Below, in pieces: positions 32,801-38,570 of a DNA stretch of 64,000 nt. The position numbers were made by a program, and so were the translations under genes. The DNA comes from a virus. Its lineage: Duplodnaviria; Caudoviricetes. Position 1 is the stretch's first letter, and every line of letters starts with the position of its first letter. The stretch spans positions 12,333 to 76,332 of IMG/VR virus record IMGVR_UViG_2643221568_000002. The stretch is one strand, 5' to 3'. The notes beneath the pieces are model-generated. The model was given only the letters and a program-made list of their open reading frames with translations, had not been told where the DNA came from and searched no databases.

Positions 32801-33098
32801 CAGCGCACTGAAGAACGCAGAGACCCGCGTCAAGCGAACCCGGCAGTCGTTGATCAACAGATGGGCGATGGCGACGATGGCGGGGGACAAGGATGCCGCG
32901 GCAGAGGTGCTGGAAAGCATCAAGCGGTTCAACTCTCTCCCTGTCCACGCTGGTTTCCCGATCAAGGGAGAAACCCTCAAACGCTCGATTCAGACACGCG
33001 CCACCAACGCGGCAAAAAGGGAAGACGGCGTTCTGATCGGCAACAAGGCGTTGGGGGCGTCGCTGAGAGAGAGATTGGCTGATCCAGTCTACCGATAA
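17820..33098 (+). CDS. Giant DarB-like polyvalent virion/ejection protein (~5090 aa)
   Basis: In order: SleB/Hydrolase_2 (IAEAAGEG..VAHVIQNR..QF..HYHA..IGNHLYY), M15 peptidase (SKHQTGEAGD..EPWHIE), InPase-like (YGYIRGTVGRDKDHID..DEHK), HExxH (HEAFH), N6-methyltransferase (LEPSVGAGNF..NPPF), SNF2 helicase (HTVGAGKT..DEAH..QRDGR), JAB-like (HNHPS..SVAD), PLxRFG (YFPLGRFG); start re-placed at ATG 17820 behind AGGAG. Confidence 0.9.
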   Translation: MPIVIGLGDDAEWKDPLNLFGGEAPGLAPLTGNVDQQKTDQNMRVSMPEGMSERDWNDTVNTVIAEAAGEGDEGMAGVAHVIQNRSKIRGQSIGDVVRDPDQFTGYSKPGPKAQEAMRDPQMRARAENIVRSVMAGKGEDPTGGADHYHADYVSPYWARSMAETKRIGNHLYYNSKAGNKPLSSETAFVSENDGLGLLGPKGQFGDLLKGEPSGQTKPKGRGLADLLPKDQFDADPDSEKSFDTLISKLQPGKPKSYITDMQPQLRNGLTAMFENAPDYVREGLDLLSGARSPERQAQIIADHANKYGFDREAWVADVEKLGPVEAGKKWRPQFRAIGLTRNIGMPGTSKHQTGEAGDLGWKGKAFSSAPREVREWVHANAGNFDLRFPMAHEPWHIEHINARSGKTDGSAVLATAFVDQKGDDADRSLNSTNSDQNMNRTAIVMDENYKAGDAFGLFSGATNPLEAEAKATAQARTDAAAAEAQRVEQERVAAETAANNQSVDARIADGKGRYVAVNESELPDWQKQWDEKNRSSGIVGDIVRRFGMGAGSTSQSINNLNRLIVSKLPGGDGINEALDGIDRWWAGKTQNEQTQESIDRMSGSLSPEGEAAREKKWWDEENKTLGPAWKDPRSYIGTIAESAPATIATMAPSGLLARGSFMAARAAGATAEAAAATAAKTATIAGGISEGLLGGADAALSVKQRIAEIPREQLVASEAVKQLVQGGLSEDDAIKALSEDAQVQAMLTAGVITGAFGGMGDRALAKIIAEGVEGGIARRIGVGAAKGMVGEGIFEEAPQSAGQTIAENAAVARVKPDQDLTEGLGESVASGVAAGGAMGGGMGAVGGVARPAASNTGASPEAGQAAPEPTAPVEPDDRGPLRRAADHGQQRQADRGAAANAGVPIDGRPGVKSTVRVEAEGVEPFMGTVEGYEGDEAVVVDSGSGEVYQVPLANLTEIAPPVADYQYPEKSQDGMPEHSADPALEPLPPMSAEVTSEMPPRSEDIPATEKRPTRPQAGQRVIVDDPAAGRFSARIERYENGGTEAVVVDDEGKPYQVPLESMKVNGLTPAQVEQQDLERDPPIEREIGDAGPNSRKIGDKTVVLPDEKHAALYDLAREQNVAKRFFGTSQLEMDKVFPVERKRLANEFRIKVSDLATLADDYRYRAERAAKQAKSKLPVNMHAVNDRLLKQRQSALAKEAGEAPAPTADDGAAWWDVDLTAQDRKGILEQAGVKRSERLTWAGMTPGIRKKLTDVRDAQRAAAEDVETLAGQGESATEAAANEAATSPTNDRPEPTEAQKEAGNYKVGRLKLGGLDVSIENPAGSTRKGISSSGKAWSVDMKSHYGYIRGTVGRDKDHIDVFVRPGTETLDDSSPIFVVDQKDPARGRFDEHKVMAGFDNEAQARAAYLENYTPDWKGLADITQTTLGDFKTWLKSGKTSDPFAPKWFASQEKAEGYVAKNKMGETHEVVQRGKRFEVLERARTTPAVRSGKGTELDPNAHPWSDVWGNDADAVSDALSRIASTNGGDTPISDAVKANVGNKELLQLIEQRWGEGGAGGNRYMIETRKGPIVTITLEKDGGNQRIVLRGKELADAIRKEFAVSLEDMQRAAKEREKQAETPQEKAQESSGVADDLGKVRGLDGQTYQAAGQSLPKKGLAPANIGADGVVYVGAVGSQHFVIADKHHEAAPFDRVGFVTPEGLFLDRKQAFDWVNENEAPIRSRESMPGELDALDYRDKSRQKTRPAEEKLEEASPPASGNKIFTEDAAAKARELLRKKLGVRDFSVEQQNTDTPFHTPTSLISEIESDLPKELIQRLTNAGVLHVGVARDMGPGIGETAWATLGGTIHLVADRIRQGAGTAILLHEAFHIGRNELHKDPSWKTLYPRLEALYESDTKDSFFNDARAHVEGVEAARGPYPPKRGQRLDVEEFGAYAVQYYEQAPSSVRRWVDNLIGAIKSWLLRRFGRQIGDVTPSELRAFAIAALRDSAVKGEAKATADKKFSVGLDAEVMQAGITLAGYHIEGGSRSFERYASAMLGDLGEGVRPYLKSWYMGVKYDPRAAAFDGMSSATEVESADVNTFTGATNEPEQLDRAGAPALEGVSTEPVPGAESGRDAGPSAEGGRRTDLSGSRPAREERVPAGRSMADGEGELPVAATGRKPADRAAKPDVAGSDERGSQRTENRRDKVERTAAVPAQQRPSDYVITDSDALGEGGQKSKFRSNVAAIELVKQLDEEKRPATRDEQAVLAKWVGWGGLRAAFPREDGSVAKGWEKEAAELKSLLTKEEYSAAESSTRNAHYTSPEIVDAAWSIAQRLGFKGGQVLEPSVGAGNFLGLMPGEVRGTSHVTGVELDRITGSIAKNLYPSANIQAPIGFEKLTVPDSYFDLAIGNPPFGSEKLYDKERTHLNKLSIHNFFFAKAIETLRPGGILAMVVTNRFLDGQSAAARNLIQSKADFIGAIRLPNDAFLKNAGTEVTTDIVILQRREAGAAPKGSDWLEVVDYRGRDGNVVPLNKYFVENPDMMLGEFGGYGSMYGPNEPALIARGGQNTAAELAKAVEKLPQDIMGDTVPMRVTETVTVPETVNDVQVGTMFSAPDGSIHLRTPDHIGQPTSKAVDFANETAKERVAGMVRVRDAFAKLRRAQISDTASDQQIDNLRKRLNTFYDAFVNKHGPINSDANKRLFRDDPTWPQISALEQSFDKGLSAALAKKTGEKPRAPTATKAAIFTRRTQQPYKRPTSASSAKDALATVLNDYGRVNLAAMSDLYGKSQEATVEELGALIFKTPSGAYETADQYLSGNVKQKLAEAERAAEQDPEYRRNVNALRDVIPADIEAIDIDVKPGAPWLPANHVEDFIAHIAQGAVKPRAYYSVANAKWDLTVSQVTPAAQTLWGTDRAGVGTVLSAVMNGQTITISDRTSDGKTIIDQPATDAANEKVERVKAEWRKWLWQDDKRRDDLARLYNDTFNTDVIQQFDGAHLTLPGKVGDDIIELRPSQKNFIWRTLQSGTALADHTVGAGKTFAAIASVMEKRRTGQARKPMMVVPNHLVGQWAADFVRLYPGAKVLAATKQDFEKERRKRLFARIATGDWDAVIVAHSSFGRIGVDPNYEAKFIQQQMDDLEASLAEVRRETGQKSRNVAQLTKWRDNLKAKMERLLDSGRKDDGLTFDELGVDALYVDEAHEFKNLAYSTSMQRVAGLGNMAGSSKAADLYMKSRFILEKTGGNNLVFLTGTPLSNTMAEMYTVQRYLDEKALRAMGVAHFDAWARVFGEVVTDWELSPSGQYKLNSRFSKFVNVPELMQRYRSFADVITNDDIKAQLAAQGKKFPLPKVKGGKPTNIVVERSPDQAAYIGVGQADDAGNLVFPNGSLVWRAENLPKKAEKGKDNMLKVMSDARKAALDMRLIDPRYPDHPKSKTHRAANEMTRIYKSSKEDRGTQLVFIDLSTPKNAQAAEAARLRDLMEKADNGDEAAIEALDKISPDELLALESTFSVYDDLKQKLIDRGIPESEIAFIHDANTEAQKEELFGKVRSGRVRFLFGSTAKMGAGTNVQNRLVALHHLDAPWRPSDLEQRDGRGIRQGNELYAADPEGFEIEILRYATKNTLDARQWQTIEAKARFIQQVRKGDMKTREIEDIAGEAANAAEMKAAASGNPLILEEMDTRRKLRQLEGQSIEHDREQHRVKGKIKSLEDEADRLQRGLSKVEADADLARKVPEEFAGTVGGETFEKRKDFGAAVVAAMRKELIDKEGVREIGEYAGFKIGIDPLGFGRAFNVTLEGAREYTVPVDDASDVDAAGLAQRIINTVKRLANQPAIDKERISEAKAQVPALQKQIGAWEGAQELADIAARHRRILDALKPQPKSAKTSVKVEAGEVDAPIANKRPDPVVIAIANDLQTVGIPAAPNSTAIFQWAKDTIARFGKSGHEYLMAVDDDGSVVEFGTAKKKAATGINNKLYGALLNPDRRLVVFHNHPSNGPLSVADISMMGLPGLHSVWAFGANGMQMRAVLTPEAEAVMRAAADPNQTVKAWRDILSSALEQVDAFLRPLVTGGSIDVDAGNTAYTNTATILAQKAGLIDISSNTNYDTSAIEGLNAKLDKLAVALKEQISDGTAGSTDKGISRRPARDVRHVAEVEGLARIGEPVVGTRPGPAGLSETGAPDYQRKERRAERQPGRVERVTQSRIVEELRGKLTDLQPALLKTIPLNYFSELARSNMTAVGDYLRVKRLMDAFRGTKHAEADSVAQEWLKYTRLGYAGKDKAKAQELADLMHDATLAGVDPAATDKETKALAGYDHLRKRFMALPPKGRDLYVKVRDAYWEQSMELDEILLDNVRKAQQIAEKNAEDRYKLTMQKIKDAGLSGIDRKNAEEDATSAYKAETTKSRWAAKARLTRMRIAFESSRVQPPYFPLGRFGRYFATVRDIDGRVLSFSKHETVAERDRMARELRAEYPAGKVEVGVMEAGGDMRKAMDPRIVAEIEEILGGANIGGDVMDQIWQRYLESMPDLSTRKRFIHRKGTAGYSKDALRVFSSHMFHAAHQMARLKYGLELQELVNNTVDQAKESDDQTRAMTLANELSSRHKWVMNPTGSKVAQTMTSTAFVWYLAASPGAALINMTQTVMLGLPILAAKFGGFKQAAVALSKASADSVAGKGSVVSDRLAPDERRAMDAFYESGLIDRTQSHDLAGVGETGVEYTPLRAKVMEKISWAFHRAEVWNREVTALAAYRMARAAGQNMSDAIDTAHDLTWKTHFDYSNSSRPAVLQNDFAKVALVFRQHNINMLYRVARDIHQSVKGETAQARREARYQLAGVIGMMAAMAGVTGTMGFSVAMMIAGAMFGDDDDPMAFEDQFKADVVDILGPQLGGVLLNGVPGHYLGIDLSSRIGMPDLWFRSPTRELQGKDEYQYWLSQSLGATVSLGEQLYTGFKVMTDDGDVARGIEMMAPKAVRDLMKAYRYSQDGVATIGKDQILSADQIDATDIVAQAMGFTPAKIAETWERNSALKNAETRVKRTRQSLINRWAMATMAGDKDAAAEVLESIKRFNSLPVHAGFPIKGETLKRSIQTRATNAAKREDGVLIGNKALGASLRERLADPVYR
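24076..24384 (+). CDS. Nested +1-frame gene inside the darB-like ORF, TnpV-like helical protein
   Basis: GGAG RBS before ATG 24076; MNLNNWIELGRQHWKEFLPNRYRELKAAGTLDQALKEAAEQ...EAWQMVRENYLLLPPE is globular-looking while the host frame is a G/R/P-rich linker. Confidence 0.7.
   Translation: MNLNNWIELGRQHWKEFLPNRYRELKAAGTLDQALKEAAEQTYLEADQLEKNGYQPDEAWQMVRENYLLLPPEGSQQTEPQSQTSQDLMSAARSGQRTVEIK
30136..30345 (+). CDS. Second nested +1-frame gene inside the darB-like ORF
   Basis: AAGGA upstream of ATG 30136; DDPPATFDTLQRWRDW...DRQAYLKQARQII amphipathic helices over a low-complexity linker in the host frame. Confidence 0.55.
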   Translation: MAQQAAPIRGFHDDPPATFDTLQRWRDWHASVSQWSARDPDRQAYLKQARQIIREKSAEQNDSQAVSNA

Positions 33099-33100
33099 CG

Positions 33101-33128
33101 AAAAGCGCCGCAGATGCGGCGCTTTTTT
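33101..33128. terminator. Bidirectional rho-independent terminator
   Basis: AAAAGCGCCGCA-GA-TGCGGCGCTTTTTT between convergent genes. Confidence 0.9.
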
Positions 33129-33153
33129 GATTTATGCTGGACTTTCTAGTGGG

Positions 33154-34488
33154 CTAAGGATTTAGCCCGATGCCGACTTGCCGGGATCGCAGCTGCTCTT
33201 GAACCGCTTTCGGCCACTGCCATTCGGGAATGCCCGCCTCGCTAAGCGCCGCGCCTATCCTTTCAGCAGGCACACCTTGTTCAAGTGCAGCGTTGGCCTG
33301 CGCCAGCGCTTGTTCGGGGCTCGGCGCGTTCGCCGCCTGGGTGCCACCGCTCGCGGCAGCCTTTGCTTTCATGTCTTCAAAGCGTCGGGTCACGCCTTCT
33401 TGAGCGCGTGGAGAAACCCCTCCAATGGTCCGCGTTTTTGGCTGAGAAGTTGCTTCGTCGTCTTTCACCCGACGATCATTTGTTTTTGCGGGGGCCGCTT
33501 TCCCTTGAGCCTGCTGAACAGGTTTCCCGGTGGCCGTATCGACAAGCACCTTCCGCTCTGTGGGAGGTTTAGCACCAACGCCAGCTAGGCCGACCTGACC
33601 GTCCCCACGTTGCAGTGAGACCTCTTGGTCGATCAGCTTTTCCTTCTCCTCTGCCGACATGTCGTCGAACTTCTTGTCGGTACCGCCCAGGCCACCGTCG
33701 AACCTTTTGCGCAATGATGTGATGGCGTCGCCGCGATGCTTGTTATCGCCAACGCCGTATTGCTTATCGATTTTCTTCTTCTCTTCGTACTGGCGCAGCT
33801 CGCCGGCATCTTTATCAGCCGCTGCGCGAGCTGCTCTCTGGCTTTCCCACGCTGCCTCGGGGTTTGCGAACCGCGCAATGACGTCAGGAATCCTGTCGTT
33901 TGGAACGTCAGAATAGCTTTCCTTTCCATCAGGGCCAGTGGCGTAGATCCGCATCCCGACCGCGGGGCCTCCTGCCTCTCTCACGATGGGCTCGTATCGC
34001 AGGCCTTTGAGTGGGTTGTTGCCATACCCTTTCAGACCAGCGATTGTGACGGTGTCATTAAGGGCTCCGGCATAGTCGCCGGTCTGTGCCTTCGTGATAG
34101 CGCCGGCAAACAGGCGCGCGCCAGTCTTCGCATCCTCAGTTTCTCCCCATTTCTGAACCCGGTCTGCGTTCTCAATGTCACCATTGGCGAGATAGGTGTT
34201 TCTCATCTTCGGGAGAGCGAACTTGTTCCAGAACTGGTCGAAGTCGCCCGGCTGCTGAGTGCCGGCGTTGACCTGCGCGTCGAACGTGGTCTTGGCGTCG
34301 GCGTTGATCTTGTCGATCTCAGTGCGCTGCGCGATCGCACGGTTATATTCGACGTCCTGTCGATCTGCCAAAACCTTGGCACGCTCATCAGCGACCTTCT
34401 TCCGCTCTTCGTTCTCCCAGCCTTGCCGGATCTGTTGACCCTTGGCAAACCCGTCCATGAAACCGCCCAAACCGATTGCGAAGCTCAT
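33154..34488 (-). CDS. Putative DNA ejection/internal virion protein
   Basis: MSFAIGLGGFMDGFAKG N-terminus and helical body; podovirus ejection-gene position. Confidence 0.6.
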   Translation of the reverse strand: MSFAIGLGGFMDGFAKGQQIRQGWENEERKKVADERAKVLADRQDVEYNRAIAQRTEIDKINADAKTTFDAQVNAGTQQPGDFDQFWNKFALPKMRNTYLANGDIENADRVQKWGETEDAKTGARLFAGAITKAQTGDYAGALNDTVTIAGLKGYGNNPLKGLRYEPIVREAGGPAVGMRIYATGPDGKESYSDVPNDRIPDVIARFANPEAAWESQRAARAAADKDAGELRQYEEKKKIDKQYGVGDNKHRGDAITSLRKRFDGGLGGTDKKFDDMSAEEKEKLIDQEVSLQRGDGQVGLAGVGAKPPTERKVLVDTATGKPVQQAQGKAAPAKTNDRRVKDDEATSQPKTRTIGGVSPRAQEGVTRRFEDMKAKAAASGGTQAANAPSPEQALAQANAALEQGVPAERIGAALSEAGIPEWQWPKAVQEQLRSRQVGIGLNP

Positions 34489-35648
34489 GCTGCTTTGTCC
34501 TTCTGAGTTTTAACCTTTGGTACAGAACCCTTGCGGGTGGCGGCTTCGGAGCCGCCGAGGCCGATTGCTTCGATGACAGCGTCCAGCTTGTTGTCGACGT
34601 CCTGGACGGCCTTCATTGTGATACCGATCGCATCCTGCGCAGCGATGTTCTGCCCGTCGCCCAAGCCAGTCTGCTTGGTGAAGTCTTGGGCATAGGTGCC
34701 GATGTGGCGCCCTTCGTCGGCCACGCCTTCCTTATAGTCCCAAGCCTCAACAGGCATTGCCTTCAGCGCCTCGAGCGCTTCGCCGTCTTCGATGGTCTCT
34801 TTGTTCTCTTTCGCGTTCTCGTCTGACTTGAATAGCAGCCCGCCGATTCCGCCCAAAAAGCTGCCGATGCCTTGCGCCCCAGCCGCATTCATTTGCTGCT
34901 TCGTCTTCCAAGCGTCCAGCTGCAGGCCATACTGCTGGTTCAGCGTGCTCGCCTGGCCAGCATATCCCTGCATAGCACCGCTAAATCCAGAGTTCATGAT
35001 GGTGGAAGCAGCAAGCGCCTGGCCGTTCGTCGCTTGGTTGCCCGATAGAGCGGTACCGCTCGCCGCGACGCTGCCGCCAGCACCCGCAGCGGCCTGCGCT
35101 GGCAAGCCTTTCCCGAGGTTAACGACGTCGGCCTTCAGAGCGAGCGCCTTATCCCTTACGCCCTGCCTTGCCGTATTGGCCGCGCCAGCTTCAGCAAGTG
35201 AAGCGCCGAGGTCAGAGGCTGCCTGGACACCGGCAAATCGACCGCTGCCGGGTGTGACACCCATAGAAGCATTGGCGCGCTCTGTGGCCGCGCGATTGGT
35301 TGCTGCTGCGGTCTGGACGTCGGCGCGGGCCTCTGCAGCTGCTTCTGCCTGCTTGGCCTCGGTACCGTAATTTTTGGCCTCATTGATGAACTCGTCTTCA
35401 ATGGGCTTGTAGACGCTCTCATAGCGGGCACGGTCCTCTTTCGACCATTTAGCCTGGTCAGTCGCGAGGCCGAGCTGCTGTTCGGTGACTTTGTTGGTGA
35501 GGGCGTCCAGCTCTTTCTGGCGAACTTCGGATACCGCGAAAGCATCCTTGGCGAACGCAAGCCAGTTTTCACCGGTCTGCGCCTGCATGAGAGCGGCTTT
35601 GCCAATCTGAGGATCTGGTGCTGGTGCTGAATTGCTGCTTTTGCCCAT
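34485..35648 (-). CDS. Ala/Gly-rich ejection (pilot) protein with a C-terminal peptidase S74 chaperone-like domain
   Basis: MGKSSNSAPAPDP start; KSDENAKEN...LEALKAMPVEAWDYK...HIGTYAQD is S74-like. Confidence 0.7.
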   Translation of the reverse strand: MGKSSNSAPAPDPQIGKAALMQAQTGENWLAFAKDAFAVSEVRQKELDALTNKVTEQQLGLATDQAKWSKEDRARYESVYKPIEDEFINEAKNYGTEAKQAEAAAEARADVQTAAATNRAATERANASMGVTPGSGRFAGVQAASDLGASLAEAGAANTARQGVRDKALALKADVVNLGKGLPAQAAAGAGGSVAASGTALSGNQATNGQALAASTIMNSGFSGAMQGYAGQASTLNQQYGLQLDAWKTKQQMNAAGAQGIGSFLGGIGGLLFKSDENAKENKETIEDGEALEALKAMPVEAWDYKEGVADEGRHIGTYAQDFTKQTGLGDGQNIAAQDAIGITMKAVQDVDNKLDAVIEAIGLGGSEAATRKGSVPKVKTQKDKAA

Positions 35649-35684
35649 AGTGCTGCCTTCTGGTGAGGGTCAGCGCTCATGCGC
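35646..35684 (-). promoter_or_regulatory. Late-gene leader element copy 3
   Basis: Minus strand GCGCATGAGCGCTGACCCTCACCAGAAGGCAGCACTATG; GCTG/CAGC, AG/CT and CAT/ATG pairs cover AAGG and start 35648. Confidence 0.75.
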
Positions 35685-35694
35685 AATTTGCTAT

Positions 35695-36147
35695 CTATAT
35701 ATCGCGATGCCCGGTTTTTCCAGCGAAGCGTTCTGGTAGCCAGCGGCATTCCTCTCGCAACATACCGTAGACAATCAGATCTTCGCCGGCGTCGCCGGCC
35801 TTACGCATGAGACCTTCGCGCTTGAAGCCGAAATGCTCGTTAAATCTGATAGCATCGGCATTGTTGACCGAGACAAAGCTGTTGAGGCGAGGGTAGGCAA
35901 GTTGGATAAAGGGGTAGGCAAAAACCTTGATGATCAACTCGCGCGTGATCCAGCGCCGGCCGCCATCGGAAACGACAGATACCCAACAGCCGCGGGTGGT
36001 GAAGGAATCGAAGACAACAATCCCGTGGACGTCGTCGCCCGTGCATATTGCAATGGCCTTTGCGTCGTCGCGAAAGCTCAGCTTGCCGCGCTTAGCTGCT
36101 AGCGCCACCAGCTCGTCACTCGGCGAGTAGATAACCTGCTTCTTCAC
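35695..36147 (-). CDS. GNAT-family acetyltransferase
   Basis: FAYPFIQL...VSVNNADAIRFNEHFGFKREGLMR...DLIVYGML. Confidence 0.85.
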   Translation of the reverse strand: MKKQVIYSPSDELVALAAKRGKLSFRDDAKAIAICTGDDVHGIVVFDSFTTRGCWVSVVSDGGRRWITRELIIKVFAYPFIQLAYPRLNSFVSVNNADAIRFNEHFGFKREGLMRKAGDAGEDLIVYGMLREECRWLPERFAGKTGHRDI

Positions 36148-36386
36148 CGTAGAAGCTTCCCCTGCAAGGCTTGAGCGACGGCGTTAAGCCGGTTCGATAT
36201 CTCCTTGATGTCCTTGAGCAAGGAGTTGAAGTCGTCTGGGGTCGGTGCCGCCGTCACCTCTTTCGTCTTCACCTGGGCGAGCTGGAGCAGCTCACGCACG
36301 TCCTCGAGCCGAACAGCGGCTCGCTCTCGCGACCCGGAGCGTGAACCGTCAAGCACTTCGAGCTTTTCGATGTGATTTGGCTGCAT
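36144..36386 (-). CDS. Hypothetical virion-associated protein
   Basis: 80-aa coupled ORF with APTPDDFNSLLKDI. Confidence 0.65.
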   Translation of the reverse strand: MQPNHIEKLEVLDGSRSGSRERAAVRLEDVRELLQLAQVKTKEVTAAPTPDDFNSLLKDIKEISNRLNAVAQALQGKLLR

Positions 36387-36388
36387 CG

Positions 36389-38122
36389 TTAGACTCGCAG
36401 TTCATCGACGGAGGTCGCCAAGGATATGGATCCGATCGGGATGTTCGACTGAACTGCTATCTCCCAGCAGCGCGCGTTTTTCGCCGCCAACCGGCATACG
36501 GAACCGATTTTGGTTGCGGTACCGACGAGCACGCCGTCAGCAAACACACTGATGCTCGCCGACATGGGGGCAGGTAGCGGTAGGAGGGCGTCGTCGGCCA
36601 GTACCATCTCTCCGAGAGCGCTGTCATTGACAGCCGACATGAGGTGCCCAGACGCAAATATCACAGCGTTCTCTGCGGTTATTCTCGCTCGCTCGGCTTC
36701 GATCCTGGCACCATTGCTCGCGTCGCCGATCGAGCCCTGATCCACCAGAATTGCGCCAAACGTGCCAGGCCGCGGCATCCAGAACTCTTTCGAGCGCCAA
36801 GAGTAGCGCTCCGGAAAACCTGCCGGATCATCAAAACGATAGACGTTTGTGTCTCCGGGCCGCTTAAAGAAAAGCGCCGAGGTCTCGATGTCGAAAAACA
36901 CTGCATCGGCGGTCTCGCCGGATCGGGTAAGGAATGGCGCGGCGTTGATGTTGATGAATAGCGCGCCGGCAGATCTGTTCCCAGCGACGTCTGTCTTGTC
37001 ATAGAACATCAGATAAATGTTGCCATGCTGAGCGCCAAGGGCGGTCTGCGGGGAAAGCGCCTGCCACTCATCGCGGCGGAATAGCTGTTCCGTGACGAAA
37101 TCGACCTCTCCCGATGCTCTGACGGAGACCAGCCCGTCATTGCTGGGGTAGCAAATAGCGAAGCCCAGATCGACGATGCCGCGGGCATTTATGCAGGGGA
37201 AATTCGCCTCTAGCTTTACAGCCTGCATGGAATCGGGGTGAGAGCCGGTCATCATGTAGGGGTTCGCTTTGGTCAGCACCACGAGAACCGCACCGATGGA
37301 GGCAAGACCGACAACATCGCTGTCGCATGCCATGACATACTTTTCAGGCCAGGCATGGGGGCGCCATGGTTCGCAGAAGTAGACATCGCGCCCGACAAAC
37401 GCTGCCATCATACCGTTGGGCATCGACGTGATGCCAGACAGGCCGTCTTTGGGCTCATCCCAGCCAGCTGACGGTAAAGCTTCCTGAAACGCGTCTACAG
37501 CAATATTGTCGACGAAGTCGCTGGCCGATGCTGCCCGTTCTTTGATCAGGTAAAGATATGTGCCGCTTGATCCGGTCTGCGACCGGTAGATGCGTTGAAG
37601 AGTGATAGATCTGCCCGCAGGCGCAGCAGCGAAACCGCTCAACGTGACGGTTTGACCCGGCTTCCAGTCCACGCGCGGAGACGCGGGGGATGGCGCGGTC
37701 TCCTCGCCGAAGCTCGTCACGAAGGTGTAGACGTAGGTGCGCGTCTGGGTATCGCCTGTGCCCGCTCCTCCAACGGCTGCTGCCAGTGCCGAAGTGGGGC
37801 GAGGGACGCGTAGCGGGTAAACGGCGTTCGCAATGCGGACCTTGGGGGCGCCGTCGCCGGTGTAATAGAGGCGGTCCTGCGCTACAGGGCCGGGGACTGC
37901 ATCAACGTCGGTAGGCCACGACAGCCATTCGCCCTGGTGACGATAAATCGTCTTTGCGCCAGTGGTGACGCTTTCGCCGGTTTGCAATGAACCGTTGATA
38001 GGCGTCAAACCGCCGTCGTCGAGACGCACGCCGATCGCTTCTGTTGCGGCCGTTTCGGGCAAAAGACGCGGGATGATCAGCGGCTTTTCGCCGGCAAAGG
38101 CGGACAGGGTAATACGAGCCAA
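36389..38122 (-). CDS. Podovirus tail nozzle/stabilisation protein
   Basis: 577 aa, beta-rich; TRTYVYTFVTSFGEETAPSP, RIYRS, FCEPWRPHAWP; GGAGG RBS with TTG start. Confidence 0.7.
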   Translation of the reverse strand: MARITLSAFAGEKPLIIPRLLPETAATEAIGVRLDDGGLTPINGSLQTGESVTTGAKTIYRHQGEWLSWPTDVDAVPGPVAQDRLYYTGDGAPKVRIANAVYPLRVPRPTSALAAAVGGAGTGDTQTRTYVYTFVTSFGEETAPSPASPRVDWKPGQTVTLSGFAAAPAGRSITLQRIYRSQTGSSGTYLYLIKERAASASDFVDNIAVDAFQEALPSAGWDEPKDGLSGITSMPNGMMAAFVGRDVYFCEPWRPHAWPEKYVMACDSDVVGLASIGAVLVVLTKANPYMMTGSHPDSMQAVKLEANFPCINARGIVDLGFAICYPSNDGLVSVRASGEVDFVTEQLFRRDEWQALSPQTALGAQHGNIYLMFYDKTDVAGNRSAGALFININAAPFLTRSGETADAVFFDIETSALFFKRPGDTNVYRFDDPAGFPERYSWRSKEFWMPRPGTFGAILVDQGSIGDASNGARIEAERARITAENAVIFASGHLMSAVNDSALGEMVLADDALLPLPAPMSASISVFADGVLVGTATKIGSVCRLAAKNARCWEIAVQSNIPIGSISLATSVDELRV

Positions 38123-38153
38123 AACTAGCCTCCTTGCTCACGCGTGCGAAGCG

Positions 38154-38570
38154 TTAGGCCACCATGGCCTTCACCCACATCTCGTCCACTTTGGCAGGAG
38201 ATAAAGCTAGCGCCTGTGCGATCAGCAGAAGCGTGGGGTGATTCCTGTTGAAGCTTTGAGCATCGGCCCATTCGATCTTGGCCTCTTCCTTCTGCAATCC
38301 CTCGGGCATCGCCTCTATGAGCGCCTCCACACCTGCGAGGGCAATGCCTTCGCGAACGAGCGTTAGGCGGAGTTGACGCCGAGTGACAGGAGAGAGAACG
38401 ACCTCGGGCGTAAAGGGGAGCCACGCGCCGTCCTTCCAGACTTGCCGGGCATCCTGCGGAGAGGTCGGCACCTCAACACCCGCCGACAACTCGGGGGGCA
38501 GGTTCTCAGTGGGGCCATCGTAGCTGCCGATATACGCGCCTTCTTTATCGACAAAAAACCGCTGTTTCAT
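38154..38570 (-). CDS. Tail fibre assembly/associated protein
   Basis: Directly after the tail fibre gene; VTRRQLRLTL...IEWADAQSFNRNHP. Confidence 0.6.
   Translation of the reverse strand: MKQRFFVDKEGAYIGSYDGPTENLPPELSAGVEVPTSPQDARQVWKDGAWLPFTPEVVLSPVTRRQLRLTLVREGIALAGVEALIEAMPEGLQKEEAKIEWADAQSFNRNHPTLLLIAQALALSPAKVDEMWVKAMVA

Noticed and set aside
38123-38153. CGCGTGAGC on the minus strand upstream of the nozzle gene as a leader variant
   Set aside because: Only a partial match, and no convincing stem with the RBS or start codon
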